64,000 bases of DNA. Origin: Neovahlkampfia damariscottae (lineage: Eukaryota). The notes beneath the pieces are model-generated. The model was not told the DNA's origin, did no database searches, and saw only the letters and a list, made by a program, of their open reading frames with translations. Both the position numbers and the translations under genes were made by a program. The DNA is taken from the NCBI GenBank assembly GCA_016618085.1, contig JABLTG010000105.1, positions 1 through 64,000 of the forward strand, read 5' to 3'. This document shows, piece after piece, positions 11,799-25,736 of the stretch. Position 1 is the stretch's first letter, and the number at the start of each line of letters is the position of its first letter.

Positions 11799-13074
11799 TT
11801 ATAAACTGAAGTATTCTTTATCAAATTGATGTATTTTGATCTAAAAAATAAGTTTAAACTATTTATCTTACAAATCCATCTTCTCCTCCACTAACATAAC
11901 TTTTTCCATCTGGACTGAAAGCTAATGCATGAATTGGACCAAAATGACCTTTAACAGTTCCAATTTCTTCTTCATAAACCATATGGAAAAATCTAGCTTC
12001 AAAATAAGCATTTCTAGCAACTGTTGTTGTAACAAGAGATGATGAAGTACCACCACCTAAAACAATATGATCTTTCAATGGTGATATAAAAGCTGTATTG
12101 ACTGGTTCACTTTTGAAAAAACAATAAAAAAAAAAAAGAACTTACCTTGATCTGTAGGTTTTCAAAAGTTTCAAAGTTGTTGTATCAAAAAGTTTTGCCT
12201 AAAGTATTAATATTTTTTGTTTTTTTTTTTACCGTGTTATCAGAACTTGCTGAAATAAACAACATTTTATCTTGTGACATTGAAATTCTATTTACAGAAT
12301 TTTTATGTTGTTCAATTGTTTGAAGAAGTTTTCCTTCCTATTTAAAACGATAATTTGTTAAATAATTTGAAAAAAAAAACTAACTTTGTCGAATACTCTA
12401 ATTGTTCCATCTTCACAACCAACAAAAATAGTTTCATTTAAAGGACCCCAAAGACAACAGTTTAAACGTGTATTTTCAACATCAAATGATAAAGTTGGAG
12501 TTATTTTTTCTTTTCAAAAAAGTTATGTTAAATTTTAATTTTTTTTTACCTGTGTATGGTGTATTTTTTTGAAGTACTTCTTTTGGTATATCAACAATAT
12601 GAATAGCAGCTGAATATTTTAAAGCTTTTTCAGTTCCAATTACAAGTTTTTGTCCACCTTCTGCAAATTGAACACCTTTTACAGGTCTTCCAAAATACAT
12701 TGAAACAATTAATTTTCCAGTTTGAATATCCCATATATTTACGTCTCCAGTGGCTACAGCTGTTACTAATCTTGTTGTTTCATCTAGAAAGTTAACAAAT
12801 TAAAAATAACTCATTTTTCATACCGTTAACATCAAGACAATTGACAGCTCCTTTATTTGAGAAAGAACCTAATAATTTTCCATCTTTTGTGTACCAAACT
12901 ACAAATTCAATTTTTTTTTTTTTTTTTTTTACCAGTTGCAATTTTATCTTTTCCAGAAGCAAAAAGTAAATCTCCTTCTTTACTGAATTTGATACTTGAA
13001 ATTGGTTTAATATGTCCTGTTAAAATAAGTGGTCTGATTGTTTTAAAATTATGATGAAAAGTGATTTACCTCAT
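11799..13074 (-). CDS. EIF3I: Eukaryotic translation initiation factor 3 subunit I (WD40)
   Basis: [26 protein letters not shown] at the N-terminus; [46 protein letters not shown] near the C-terminus; multiple short introns. Confidence 0.95.
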
Positions 13075-13385
13075 AACACAAATTGAAGAATTTTATGATT
13101 GGTTCAAAGATTCTAATTGGTTGATGAAAGAAAAAACAAACTGAATTTGCACAAGAAAGAAAAATGAATATAAAATTATCATATTGCATGTATATAGGAC
13201 CTTATGTTGAAATAAATGATTTGAAAAAAAAGGATACTTTCAAAGAATGTTTGAATCTTATCAATTGTACAAGATGTCAATAAACCATTTGCTGATTTAT
13301 CAACTCTTTGCATTTTCGGAATTTCTTCGGAATTGATGAACAAATAAAACTACAATAATTTTTATTGGACAATTTCAACTCCGAA

Positions 13386-15101
13386 ATGAAGCAGGAAGAA
13401 GAAGAAGAAGAATTTATTTTTGAAGAACAAGATTATCCAGATTTTAGTGATATAGATTCTGAATCTCAATATGACGAAGATGAAGAAGTAGATTTAGAAG
13501 AAGAAACTGAATTAGAAAATAAAAAAGAAAACTTGGATGAAATATTACAAGATGATGATTTTTTACAAGATATATTGCAAACCCTTCCTGAAGTTAATTT
13601 TTATCCAAAAGGAATTGTTCAATTCACATCAAAAGACGACAATCAATCTGTTCCTTCTTTAATCCAAAGTTTAATCAAAATACCAAAACTGAAACAATTA
13701 CTAACGAATTTAGATGAGAATAACTTAAAAGAAAATAATTCAAATCTTTTATTTTCTTTGAAGAAACTACTTGATGAAATAAATAATGAACAAAAATTAA
13801 AAAAAATATCAATAGATTCCATTAGAAATTGTTTATCTGAATGCAATATGAAAGTGTTGATAAAAGAGTTTATTGATAAATTTAAAGAAGAAATTCAAAA
13901 AAATCAAAGTATAAAAGCAGGAGAGGAGATTGAAAAATTGAAGATTTTTGAAAGTGAACTTATTGAAGAATGTGAAAATTGTAACATAAAATCTAACAAA
14001 ATAAAAGAAATTATTGATGTCAATCTTCCAGTAGACACCTCAAAAATACTCAAAATTCACTTTATTGGAAGGAAGGAATCAAAAATTTTGAACATCAAAA
14101 TAATGGAATCAGCAACTATTAAAATGTTAAAAGAGTCAATTTCAAAAAGTTTAGATATTGATTCAACAAGACTGATCATTACAAATAATTCTAATTTTGA
14201 AATATTTGATATTCTTCATGATGAAGATAAATTAATTTTTATCAAAGAAACAGACACTATTTTTTGTTATGAATTGAATTCTAGTGAAGGTAATTTAATT
14301 AAAATTGATATATTTACATCAATTAAAAACAATTTCAAGAAGATTTGGTTCCCAATTTTGATAAAATCTGAAGGAAACGAAATTAACGGATCTTTGAATT
14401 TGAAAACTACATCAAAAGAAATTTATCATCAAATCTTATCAATTTTAAAGTTTTTTTTGGTTAAAAACTTGGAAAAGTTTAATTTTGAATTAGATTTACC
14501 ATCAACTCTATTTCCAGTATTTGGTGGAAATTCATTATTTGAATTAAAAAATGAAAAATATGAAAAGATACATTGCGAAAACAAAACATTCACATTAAAG
14601 AGATTTGAGTCAAAAATACCATATTCAATGAATCTATATGTTAACTCATTGATATTTGAAGAAGTGTATGATTTTCAGAGAGTTAAAAAATTTGAAGAAA
14701 AATTGGAAGGTGTTTTGAGAACATCAATATTAGATGATATCATATTAAACTCATCAAATAAGTGCCAAAAATGTGATGAAAAAATAAGGAAGAAAATTAA
14801 ATTATTCCCAAATATTTTGATATTGAATTTGAGAAGAGATGAAATTCAAAACTCAACAATCATTCAATTTAATGATGAATTGATTTTGAATGAAAGAAAA
14901 TATCAATTGATTTCATTAATGGTAAGAATAAGAAAATATTAAACAGTTTAGAATTATGAGAATTCAATTTGGAATTCATATGGGGTTGCTGAAAATAATG
15001 AATGGTATCATTTTAAAATTGAGAGTATTTCAAAAGTGTTAAACTTTAATAATATGATTTCTTCAAAGAATTCAATTTTGATTTATCAACTTTGTGAATA
15101 A
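13386..15101 (+). CDS. Ubiquitin-specific protease (C19)-fold protein, probably catalytically inactive
   Basis: Zn-ribbon CxxC pairs, a Ubl-like insert, FPNILILNLRR, YQLISLM and EWYHF. The Cys-box region reads GIVQFTSKDDNQSVPSLIQSL (no Cys) and the His box lacks His. Acidic N-terminus; one intron. Confidence 0.7.
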
Positions 15102-15197
15102 AATTGCTCCTGCTTTTCTCATATTGTAATTGTTCGACGGATTATTTTCATTGTTTTCAATTGACAAACTTTTGTTTTCCTTCTTATTATTGATCTT

Positions 15198-15350
15198 ATG
15201 AAGTGCCAAAAATTTCTTTTGAAGAAATCACACAATTCAAGAGAAGGAACCAAATTACATGTCAATCCAAATTTTCATCGGATTTTCATAAAGATTCAAA
15301 AGTGCTCTAAATGTTATCCCAGATTTTGAATCACTTTCCAATCTGATCCA
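15198..15350 (+). pseudogene. Degenerate YJU2/CWC16-like fragment
   Basis: Across frames: KCQKFLLKKSHNSRE / EPNYMSIQIF / KCSKCY..*ITFQSDP. This resembles YJU2 'CGEYIYKGKKFNARKE..YLGI.IFRFY.KC..C..EITFKTDP'; contains a stop and frameshifts. Confidence 0.3.
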
Positions 15351-15554
15351 ATATATATAATTATTTTAAATCAAAAAAATTACATTTGATTTGAGTTGGA
15401 TGTGTGAAAATAATTGTCATTAAAACCAATAAGTGAAATTCTTCTTCAAAAAAATGATCTGTTTTGAAGATAAAAAAGTGTTTATGACTCCAGATGAACA
15501 ACAAAACAAAGAAACAATTTGGTTGGTGGAAAAAACAGAAAAAAGGAAGTGAAA

Positions 15555-16283
15555 ATGAACATCAAAAAACAAAACGTGATTCTAGCCAAAGTATCAGAAA
15601 AGTCTGAAACTTATCCTGAACTGATAAAGTTTATGAACAAAGTGGCAGAACTAAATATTGAATTTACTCCAGAAGAAAGGAATCTATTTTCCAATGGATA
15701 CATAAATACGATAAATTATAAAAGAAGAGCATGGAATATCTTAAAACAAGAAGAAATAAAAATCAAAGAAAAAAAATATCTATTGTCACACATTCAAAAA
15801 TATAAAAAAGAAATTGAAAAAGAAATAATAAAAACATCAGAAGAATTATTGAAAATTTTGAACAAAAATGTAATTCCTTCAAGTCACTCAAGTGAATCTA
15901 AAGTTTTCTTTTTGAAAATGTAAAGAAAAAAAAATTAAATAAAAAGGAAAGGAGATTTTACTCGATATATTTTGGAAGTTGATTCAAATAATAGAAAAAC
16001 TTTAATTAGAGATGCTATTGATGCTTATGAAGAAGCTCTTTCAATATCTTACACAGAATTAGATGTAAATAATATCATTCGACTTTCATTGGTCATAAAT
16101 TTATCCGATTTTTATTATAATATTGCTGATAGCAAAACAAAAGCATGTTTATTGTGTAAAAATTCATATGATGATTCAATTGCAGAATTTGTTCCTTCAA
16201 AAGATTCAAGTGATCATCAGAACGTTATTATTCTATTGAATATCATAAAAAATAATTTAATTGAGTGGTGCTCTCAAAAATAA
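15555..16283 (+). CDS. Divergent 14-3-3 protein
   Basis: EFTPEERNLFS, RRAW, ESKVFFLKM|KGDFTRY, IRLSLVINLSDFYY, NNLIEW; one intron. The start codon is uncertain. Confidence 0.85.
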
Positions 16284-16358
16284 TTAAATTTTATTTCAAC
16301 AACATTTTTTTTTCAATAAAAAAGGAGAAATTTCTAAACCAATCATTTACTCACTGAC

Positions 16359-17247
16359 ATGAGCAAAAAACCAAACAAGAAAAATAAAGAAAAAAAACAA
16401 GTTATCATTTCCGACGTTTATTCAAAATTAAAAGATGAAAAATTTGTTGATACTCATGTTCATTTAGAGTACATTCTTCAAAAGAAAAAAATACAATTTA
16501 CTACTCTCGAAAAACAAATAGAAAATCAATGGTACGATGGATGTCTCTGTATATTTTGTGATCCTATGGGTATATCAGAGGGTTTTGGAACATATGAACA
16601 AATTTTAAAAAATGACAAAAGTAACAAAAAAAAAGAAATTAATTTTAGTTTTTGGTGCATTTGGATTTCATCCTCATCATGCAAAATATTACAACGAAGA
16701 TATTGAAAAAAGAATTTCAAAGTTATTGGAACATCCAAAATGCATAGCTTATGGAGAATGTGGTCTTGATTATCATTATAATCATTCAACACAAGACGAA
16801 CAAAAAAATACTTTTATCAAACAATTAAAAATAGGTGTGAATTCAAAAAAACCAATTGTAGTTCACTCAAGAGAAGCAGAAAAAGATACATTTGATATTT
16901 TAAAAGAGTACTGTCCAAAAGACTATAAAATTCATGTTCATTGTTTCACTGATTCAGTTGAATTTGCAAAAAAATTATTGAAAGAATTTCCAAATTTATA
17001 TTTAGGTTTTACTGGTGTTGTGACTTTTTCAAATTCAAAAAATCTTGAATCTGTTGTGAAAGACGTTCCTTTGAGTAGAATATTGTTAGAAACAGATGGT
17101 CCTTATATGGCACCTAATGGGTTTAAAATATCAACTCCTTATCATATTCCTTTTATAGCTGAAAAAATAGCTGAATTGAAGAATATGGAATTGACAGAAG
17201 TTTTGAATCAAATTAGAAAAAACACTTATGACTGTTATGGTATTTAA
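16359..17247 (+). CDS. TatD family DNase
   Basis: DTHVHL, GECGLDY, VHSRE, HVHCF, LETDGP; intron 16621-16648. Confidence 0.95.
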
Positions 17248-17349
17248 TTTCAAGTCATCACTATGTTCTTTCTTGATTTAAGAAGTTCGAAAAATAAAAA
17301 TTTGTAAAATTGTTTTATTGGTGAGTTTTCCCGCCTTTTTTTTATCCAA

Positions 17350-19178
17350 ATGAAAAGTACAAACGTCAAAGCCTGTATTCGTATCAGACCACTTATCAAA
17401 GGAGAAAAAGAAAAAATAAAGTATGAAATACACAACAATTACATCCAAACTCTAAACCCAAAAAACGAAAAAGAAATTTTGAATTTTGAATTTGATGCTG
17501 TTTATGACGAAAAATCATCACAACAAGAAATTTTTGAAAATGAAGTGACACCAATTGTAAACGATCACATTTGTAAAGGATTCAATTCAACAATATTTTG
17601 CTATGGCAGGACTTCCAGCGGTAAAACTTTTACAATGGAAGGAAATGAGAAGAATCCAGGTACTTAGAATTATTTAATTTTATTTCATAGGATTAATTCT
17701 TCAAACTGTTCAATACTTATTCCAAAAAGACTTTCATGAAATTGTTTGTTCAATGTATGAAATTTATGGAAACAAAACCATAGATTTAATGACAAAGAAT
17801 TCAATTAATTTACAAATTAAAGAAGATAAAAATAAGAATTTTTATGTTCAAAATTTATCTGAAAAGAAAATTACTTCTTTTGAAGAATTCAAACAAATTT
17901 TAATTTCATCACAAAAACAAAGAAAAACTGGATCAACAAATCAAAATTTGAATAGTAGTAGATCACACAGTTTCATCAGTTTTCAAGTAAATACAATTTC
18001 ATTGGATAACATTTTAAAAATAGATTAAATTGAAATCAGGTGTAAAATCAAAATTAGTTTTGATTGATTTAGCGGGAAGTGAAAATAATAAACAAACTGG
18101 GAATACAGGAATTAGAATGAAAGAATCAACATCTATTAATTCACATTTGAGTCATTTAAAAGCATTGATTGAATCTTTACAGAATAATAAAAATCATGTT
18201 AATTATCGAAATTCAAATTTAACAAAATGTTTAAAAGATTCATTAGGAGGACATTCAAATTGTTGTATAATTGGAAATGTTTCATTTTGTCAATCAACAT
18301 CAAATGATTGTTTTAATACATTAAAATTTGTTCTAATGGGAAGAAGAATTGTTAATACACCTGTTCCAAATGAAACAAATTTACCTAAAATACAAGTGTT
18401 TGAGATGAATGAACAAATTCCGGAAATAGGTGAAGGAGAATTTGAAGATGAAGAAATGGAAGAAAGAGTAGAAATTGTTGATTCAACGAATTTTACACCA
18501 TATACTAAACTAAACTATGCTAAATCATTACTAAGACTTGGTAAACAGTTTGAAGATCATCAATTAGAAATATCATTAAAGCACTATAAAGAAGCACAAC
18601 AAATTCTTCAAAATGATCAATTATCAAAAAAAATTGATAAATTAGAGACTAGAAAAGCAAACAGAAAATTAGTTTTTTCAGACAGAAAAACGATTCAAAT
18701 GGATTCCATCTTTAGTGTTAATGAATCAAAACAAAAAAATGAAACTTTGACAAAGAAGTTTACAAAATCACTATGTCCATCAGATCAAAAAGAGAATATC
18801 AATTTGTATCCACAAACTCAAATTTTACCAACAAAAAAGAAATCAATTTCATTTTCAAATATAGTTTTGGAAGAAGATCCGCTATCAAAGAGCATTGATA
18901 GAATTGTTTTGACCGATAAATCATCAAAATTGAAAGAAAAGGAAAAACGAATAGAAATTGATTTAACTATTGAGGACATTCCATTTGAACAAAAATTGAT
19001 TAATTTTGTGAATGAAAAAGATTTTAATGAATTGAAAAAATTAGCATTGATTGGGGACAAAGGGGCTGAAAGGATTATAAATGAAAGACCATTTGAATCT
19101 GTTTTTCATTTGGTTGAATTGGGTTGGTCAGAAGATAAAATAAGAAAATTTGTTCGAAAAAATAAAAATGTTATTTAA
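17350..19178 (+). CDS. Kinesin, KIF22/Kid (kinesin-10)-like with C-terminal helix-hairpin-helix
   Basis: GRTSSGKTFTM (P-loop), NSSRSH, LIDLAGSE; C-terminal LKKLALIGDKGAERIINERPF (HhH); two introns. Confidence 0.9.
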
Positions 19179-19196
19179 AAAAGTAAACTCTAAATT

Positions 19197-22100
19197 TCAT
19201 AAAATAGAAGCTTCAATATTTTTAAAATAAGTTTCATTTTCAATCAACAATTCAGATGGCTTTCCGAAGTTTATAACTTTCCCTTTTTCAATAATCAAGA
19301 TTTTGTCACAATCTAAAATTGTATTCAAACGATGAGCAATAACCAGAATGGTAGTTTTTGTGCAGTATTTTCTCAGAATTTCTTGGAACAAATTATCATT
19401 TTTAACATCAACATTACTTGTGGCTTCATCCAAAATCAAAATCTTCTTTTTTTTCAACAATACTCTAGCTAAACATAACATTTGCAATTCTCCATTGCTC
19501 AAGTTATTTCCACTCTCTGTCAATTGAAATTCCAAATTATTTTCCCATTTTTTTATTTTCTTATCCAAATTTACTTTGAAAAGTGAATCCCAAATTTCTT
19601 CATCAGAAAATTCATTAAACGGATCAAGATTATCTCTAATTGATCCTTTCATCATCTTTGGTTCTTGTGAAATAATTCCAATATTTGATCTCAATGAAGA
19701 AATATTGATTTTTGAGATATCTCTACCATCAATAAGAATTGAACCTGAATCAATTTCTCTCATTCTAAATATAGTATTGACTATAGAACTCTTTCCAGAT
19801 CCTGTTCTCCCAATAATTCCTATTTTTTCTCCTTGGTTCACTTTAAATGATATACCTTTCAATACAAATGGAGAACTTTCTAAATATTTCAATTTTACAT
19901 TTCTCATTTCTATTGTTCCTTTCTTCACAATAAAATTTTCTTCTTTGATTGATTCCTGTTCAATACAAGTGAAATTTCGAATCTTTTGCATATTGTTCTT
20001 CATATAATTTCTCAATTTCGTTCCAACTTCTAAACCCCAACCAAGAGCATCCAATACTTCTTCACATTGAGTTAATAGTAATCCCATAACTGCACTTGAA
20101 ATAGTTGGATTAATGAGAAACACAAGTAAACAACTTGAAAAATGAAAAATAGCACCTACTACCTGAATATAATACGATTGCCAATAATTGAACTAAATTG
20201 TGAATTTAATTTAAGAATTACCATTTTATTGGAGATTGACAATTTAGTTCTCCTGTCCATCAACATATTGAACTTTTTTTTAAAATTCATTTGTTGTTTC
20301 AAATTTCTGATGACATCAAGTCCAGTGACAGTTTCTTCAACGTGTGTCAACACATCTGAAAAAAATTGACTTTCCAAAGGTGTTAAAATTTCATCTACTT
20401 GTTTATATAGGTTGTTTATGTAGTAAAGAACACAAATTGTTGGAATAATTAAAAAAATAATTTTTGGTGAAATGTAAAATATTGAAATAAAGTCAATGAT
20501 AAACATAGAAAATACAATAACAACTTCTCTTAAAATCCATCGAACAGTACATTCCATTTCAAGCAAGTCATGGGAAAATACTGATAAAATACTTCCTGAA
20601 TTCATTGAATCATAGAATTTCATTGTTGCATGAGTTAAACTATTAACAATCTTATCATGAAAAAATGAACTGGTTGATAATGTTTTTTGGCAAATCATGT
20701 AAAGCCCAGCTACATAAAATAAGACTTTTAAAACTCCAAGGATAGAAAATCCAATAATCCCTTGTTGTGATTCAATAATCAATTTGCAATAGACTCTTTT
20801 GAAATATTTTAGAAAAGTGATTTCTTACGCACATAAATGTCCAATGAATAACAAAATCATACCAAAATAAAAAGAAGACGATCCATTTGAATTGATATAG
20901 TAAAAGAAATTTGAAGTTGGTGAATGATTACCTTTTGACAAAAAAGTTTCCTTTTCAATAGTTAGAGCATCATCCTCCATTATTTTTTCAACTTTTTTTT
21001 TTTTTGATTGTTTTTCAGAAAATGATGAAGATCCTTTGTAGTTACAATAAAATGTTCGAAATTCATCACATTTTGAGAATAACTCCTCAAATGTTCCAAT
21101 TGAATGAATTTTTGAATTTTTCATGAAAACAATTTTATCAATTGACTCATTCCTCAAGTATTTGACATGATGAGTTACTAATATTTTTGAATTATTTGAT
21201 AAAAAATCATTCAAACAATGATCAAATATTACTTTGCCGACATGAACATCGACATCAGATAAAGGATCATCAAGTAAAACTATTGATTCATCACTTGAAA
21301 TTGAATAACAAATCCTTGCTAAATTTAATCTACTTTTCTGTCCACCACTTAAATTGATTCCTTTTTCACCAATCAAAGTCAAATCTTTGTCAATCAATGA
21401 TTCAATATCATCCACTAAATCACAACATTCAATAACTTTTGCATATCTTTCTTGATCAAAATCCAAACCAAATAAAATATTATTTCTAAAAGTGTCATTA
21501 ATAATAAAACTTTTCTTTTTCAAATATTTTACATCTTTGGATATTTTGAGTGTTCCTTTTGAAATTGAAGTTTCACCTGTTAAACTACTCAATAAAGATG
21601 ACTTTCCTGATGCAATTTCACCAACCACACAAACAAATTCCCTCTTCTTTAAAGTGAAGTTGATATTATTCAAAACATTCAAATTTTTCTCCCAAGCAAA
21701 TGACGCATTTTTGATTTCAATCTCATTTTCAATTTGATCCGTTTTTAATACTTCAAAATCATCAAAATTCAAAAAAGTTTCCATTTTCTTGAATGTCAAA
21801 TTTGACTGATGAACTTGATCTAAAAGATTTGATAGTCTTCCAATTGGGAATGAAAACATATCAATCGTCATGATTGATGCAAAAAGTAAAGTTGGTGTCA
21901 ATTCATATCCAAGAAAATAAAATGAAAGATAAGTAGTTGTGCTGATAATATAAACATTCAAATCGGTAAATGCAACTTCAGAGTTTGCTGCCTTTTCCAT
22001 TTCATACATATAACTGACTTGTTTTTTTCTTGAATTTCTGATATTCTTTGTAAAATAGTGTTCAAGAGAATTGTATTTAATCATTTGAATTGAATTCACA

Positions 22101-22898
22101 AACTCAGTTATAATTTTCATACAATTTCTAGATGATTCATCAATAAAATCCCATAATTCATCATGACTTTTTGAAGCTTTATAGCGAAGGTAAAAAAGAA
22201 TAGCTATTGTTATAAGACTTGATATCATAACCCAACCAACAACTCTGTGTAAAAAATACGACAAAAATACAATTCTGAGTGTTTGAATTATTCCCATGAC
22301 GAAATGATCAAAAATGTGCATATAACTTGGATCCAATAACATTCCAATTTCACCAGAAGAATAAAGTTTTCTTGTTTCATTTGAAATATTCAACGTTTTA
22401 TGATAAACAGCAAACATGACACATCTTCTTATATTGTACAAACTGTAAAATGAATAACAGTCATAAATATGAGTGAAAATAATCTTGATCATTTTTGATA
22501 TCAATAAATACAGCATGAAATAAACTACTTCATAGTCACCTTTTCCTGCACTCAATGATGTTAAAATGTTGGTTACAGCAACAAGTGAGTAAACTCTAGC
22601 GACAAATTGAATGAAACAAGGGATGAATAACAGGTAAAAATCAAACTTGAACATTTCAAAAACAGATTTTTTTAGGTAACAACTGAGAGATAAGAATATA
22701 TTAAAACAATCTTTGAATTTACTTGGGAGTTTTTGATTTGTTTTTTTTTAAAACTTCAAGAAATTTTTTTTCTATGGTTTCCATATCTTGAACATTGGTA
22801 AATTCATCAAATGATGGCAACTGTTCTTCAGTTAGTGATTTTCCTTTCCACAAAAATTTGTGATAAGTCAAATTTAATGCAGTTCGAAGAATATTCAT
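19197..22898 (-). CDS. ABCC/MRP-family ABC transporter
   Basis: TMD-NBD-TMD-NBD layout: GEIASGKS, NLSGGQ, LLDDP; GRTGSGKS, NLSNGE, ILDEATS, IAHRL. Three short introns; the 5' end is uncertain. Confidence 0.9.
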
Positions 22899-22989
22899 AA
22901 GTTCAAGTAGAAAATTCAATTTCTGATTGTAATTTATGCTTTAGGATGGTATCAATTTCCAAATTGATGAAGAATTTTAATTGGTATTT

Positions 22990-23633
22990 CCTCTTCCAAA
23001 TCATCTTTCCAAAATTTTTCTGTTGAAGAGTTGACCAACGAAATTAATTTGGAAAAATTAAAAAGTAGATTCTTGAGAAATTTAGAAATAGAAAGAATTT
23101 GTTGAAAATAAACTGGAAAAAAAAATTGTCCAATGGAAAAGGCTGGTTCAAACAACGTTGACCAATAAATGGCTTGAAAATTATGTTGTATTCAAAAACA
23201 AACAATTTTCACTAAACAGAGAAACATCGAAGATTTGGCATTTTTGAATGGAAAACACTCATATTTTTTTTACAGAAGCACTTGAATTATTATATTCAGA
23301 CGACGATACAACACCAAAAATTGAAATAATACTGGAGAAACAACGACAGATTATCAAGCAAGAAAAGGAAAAGAGTAATTAATTCATATATTTCTAAAAT
23401 TTTTCAGAGCCACCTTTAATACAGAAGATTGTCAAACCAAACAGTACACCAAAGGTTCAAGTTCAAGAAGAAGAAGACAGACCTATCAAGCACAACACTA
23501 GAAATGGAGGAATGGCAAAAGAAGGTTCAACTTTAAAAAAGTTATCAAAAAGATTTCAAACATAGAAAATGCACTCCATTGTCAAAGAAGTAGAAAGAGC
23601 TGTTCTTTTGTCAAAAGGAAGAAAAAAGCATGA
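22990..23633 (+). CDS. Hypothetical multi-exon protein (start not resolved)
   Basis: Plausible exons (IVQWKRLVQTTLTNKWLENYV|RNIEDLAFLNGKHSYFFTEALELLYSDDD..., ...QEEEDRPIKHNTRNGGMAKE) are joined by short GT-AG introns. Confidence 0.35.
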
Positions 23634-23922
23634 AAGAGTACAGAAATCCTGTTCATCATACAATCTAACAAATAAACATTTGAAATGTTCATATCCAGAT
23701 TTTGACCTTCTAATTCGAATCAAAAATCCATTTTTTTCACAAATTCCAACCAAAAGTTAAAATTTGTTTGGATACAAAGACAAAGGAGAAATTGGTTATA
23801 TAACAAAATAATTTCATAAAAATGAAATCTTGAAGGACGCCAATCGATAGTACTTTCGTATAGTCGTGGGTTGCCTTCGAATAAAACGTTTTTTGTTTTT
23901 GTATGCAGATTTATTAAAAAAA

Positions 23923-24312
23923 TTATTCTTGTTTTTGTTCTTCTTGAGTAATTTGGAAATATCTGAGTTGGAAAGTTTCTTTGTCTGTACCAACAACATG
24001 GAGCCAATCTCTAAGGTTTTCTTTTTTCAAGTATTTTTTTGTTAAGTATTTGAGGTATCTTTTTTGGATTTTAACTTGAGTGTTAACTTTGATTCCTTCA
24101 TCTTTTTTGTAGATGTGTGTTTTTGTTCCAAGGTTTCCTACTTTTCCTTCAACTTTGTAATGTGATTGTAAATATTTGTGGAATGCGTTGAGGTCGAAAA
24201 TACCATCTTTGACTGGAATTGAACAGTCGATGACATATCTGTAGTTAACAACTTTTGTTTTTCTTTGTTGTTTGATTTTTTTTGGATCTGATGTTACACC
24301 TTTTCTGCCCAT
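23923..24312 (-). CDS. RPL22: 60S ribosomal protein eL22
   Basis: IDCSIPVKDGIFD, KVEGKVGNLG, KRYLKYLTKKYLKKENLRDWLHVV, LRYFQI. Confidence 0.97.
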   Translation of the reverse strand: MGRKGVTSDPKKIKQQRKTKVVNYRYVIDCSIPVKDGIFDLNAFHKYLQSHYKVEGKVGNLGTKTHIYKKDEGIKVNTQVKIQKRYLKYLTKKYLKKENLRDWLHVVGTDKETFQLRYFQITQEEQKQE

Positions 24313-24696
24313 TGTCTTTTGTCAAAATTGTTTTCAAGATTCGTAAACGAAAAAATCTAATTGAATTGACCAATTAAATATTGTTTAGATGAATAAAATG
24401 ATTGGTCTATTTTTCAAAAGGAAATTTTTTTTATTTTTTGAATTGCATTTAAATTTAATAAATGCTCTTTATATGATGCCAGAAATGTTTTTGTTGGATA
24501 ATAATATTCCAAAATATTTAAAGATGAAATTGTTGCATTTTCTATTGTTTTTCTTTCATTTTTGATCTCCTTTTTCCCAGTGACCAAAGAAAATAATAAT
24601 TTTAAAATAAAGTTTAAAAGCTCCACTTTTTCCTCTTTGTTGATTTTTGTGTTTGACTAATAGACCAATCAAATTGTCAATACTCACCAACAAAAA

Positions 24697-25734
24697 ATGC
24701 AAGAATACAAGTTGACAAATTTTGGAAAGAAACCAGTGAAAAGAGTTGAGAGATTATTAAAACGTAAAGACCCTAAAATTATCGAAAACACAAAGAATTC
24801 AATGGAACTCTATGGAAAACATACAAGTGAAACAATAAAAAATGTTCTCTCTGAATTTGTAAGAAATTAAAAAGAATTTAACATGAATTTAGAACTTAAT
24901 AAGAAAACCATTTTCAGTAAAATTACAAAAAAAAAATGATATTCTTCCATTTGAAGACGCTACTTCAATTGAATTTTTTGCAAAAAAACATGACACAAGT
25001 TTATTCGCTTTTGGATCACATTCAAAAAAAAGACCAAATAATTTAATAATGGGAAGATTATTTAATCACTTATTACTTGATATGGTTGAATTTGGTGTCG
25101 AAAACTATCAAACAATGAACTATTCATCAAAAACAATGTCACAACTTGGATCAAAACCAATGATCATTGTAAGAAAATAAAAAACAATAATTAATAATCA
25201 AAGTTTCAAGGTGAATTCAATAACTCAGATGAATTGAAAGAAATTCAAAATTTGTTAATAGATTATTTCAATGGAGAAACACCAAAAAAAATAAATTTAT
25301 TGGGATTGGATCATGTTATCGTATTTAGTTTAATAAATGAAAAATTAATCAATATGGAAAGATTTCAAGTTGAAATTAAAAATCAAAAAAAACCACAAGT
25401 TAGCTTGACTAAAATTGGACCTTCAATGAATTTAAAAATAAAAAGAACAAAATTTGCTACACCTGAACTTAAAAAAGAAGCAATGAGAGTACCACAAGAA
25501 TTAAGAAAAGGTAAAAATAGAAACAAAAATATTTCATTTGATGCACTTGGAACAAAAGAAGGTAGATTACATGTCCAACAAGAAAATTTAGATAATATTG
25601 CATTAAAAAGATATGATACTAAGAATTTAGTAGAAGTAAAACCAAATGATATCATCAAAAAAAGAAACTTAGATGACATTTCATCATTTGATGCAACAGA
25701 AACAAATTTAAGAAAAAAAAATAAAAAAAAATAA
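24697..25734 (+). CDS. RPF2: Ribosome biogenesis Brix-domain protein RPF2
   Basis: PKIIENTK, KNDILPFEDATSIEFF..DTSLFAFGSHSKKRPNNLIMGRLF, IGPSMNL, KNISFDALGTKEGRLHVQQE; two introns. Confidence 0.93.
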
Positions 25735-25736
25735 GT

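Noticed and set aside
13140..13330. Short coding-like stretch (MNIKLSYCMYIGPYVEINDL..)
   Set aside because: Under 30 codons, no homology recognised, and it sits in a divergent promoter.
20123..20230. Apparent frameshift or double TAG in ABCC TMD2
   Set aside because: Resolved by a 29-nt GT-AG intron giving ..KM|FNYWQSYYIQVVGAIF.
24414..24626. 70-aa minus-strand ORF between RPL22 and RPF2
   Set aside because: No ATG (GTG start), lies in a divergent promoter region, and has no recognisable motif.
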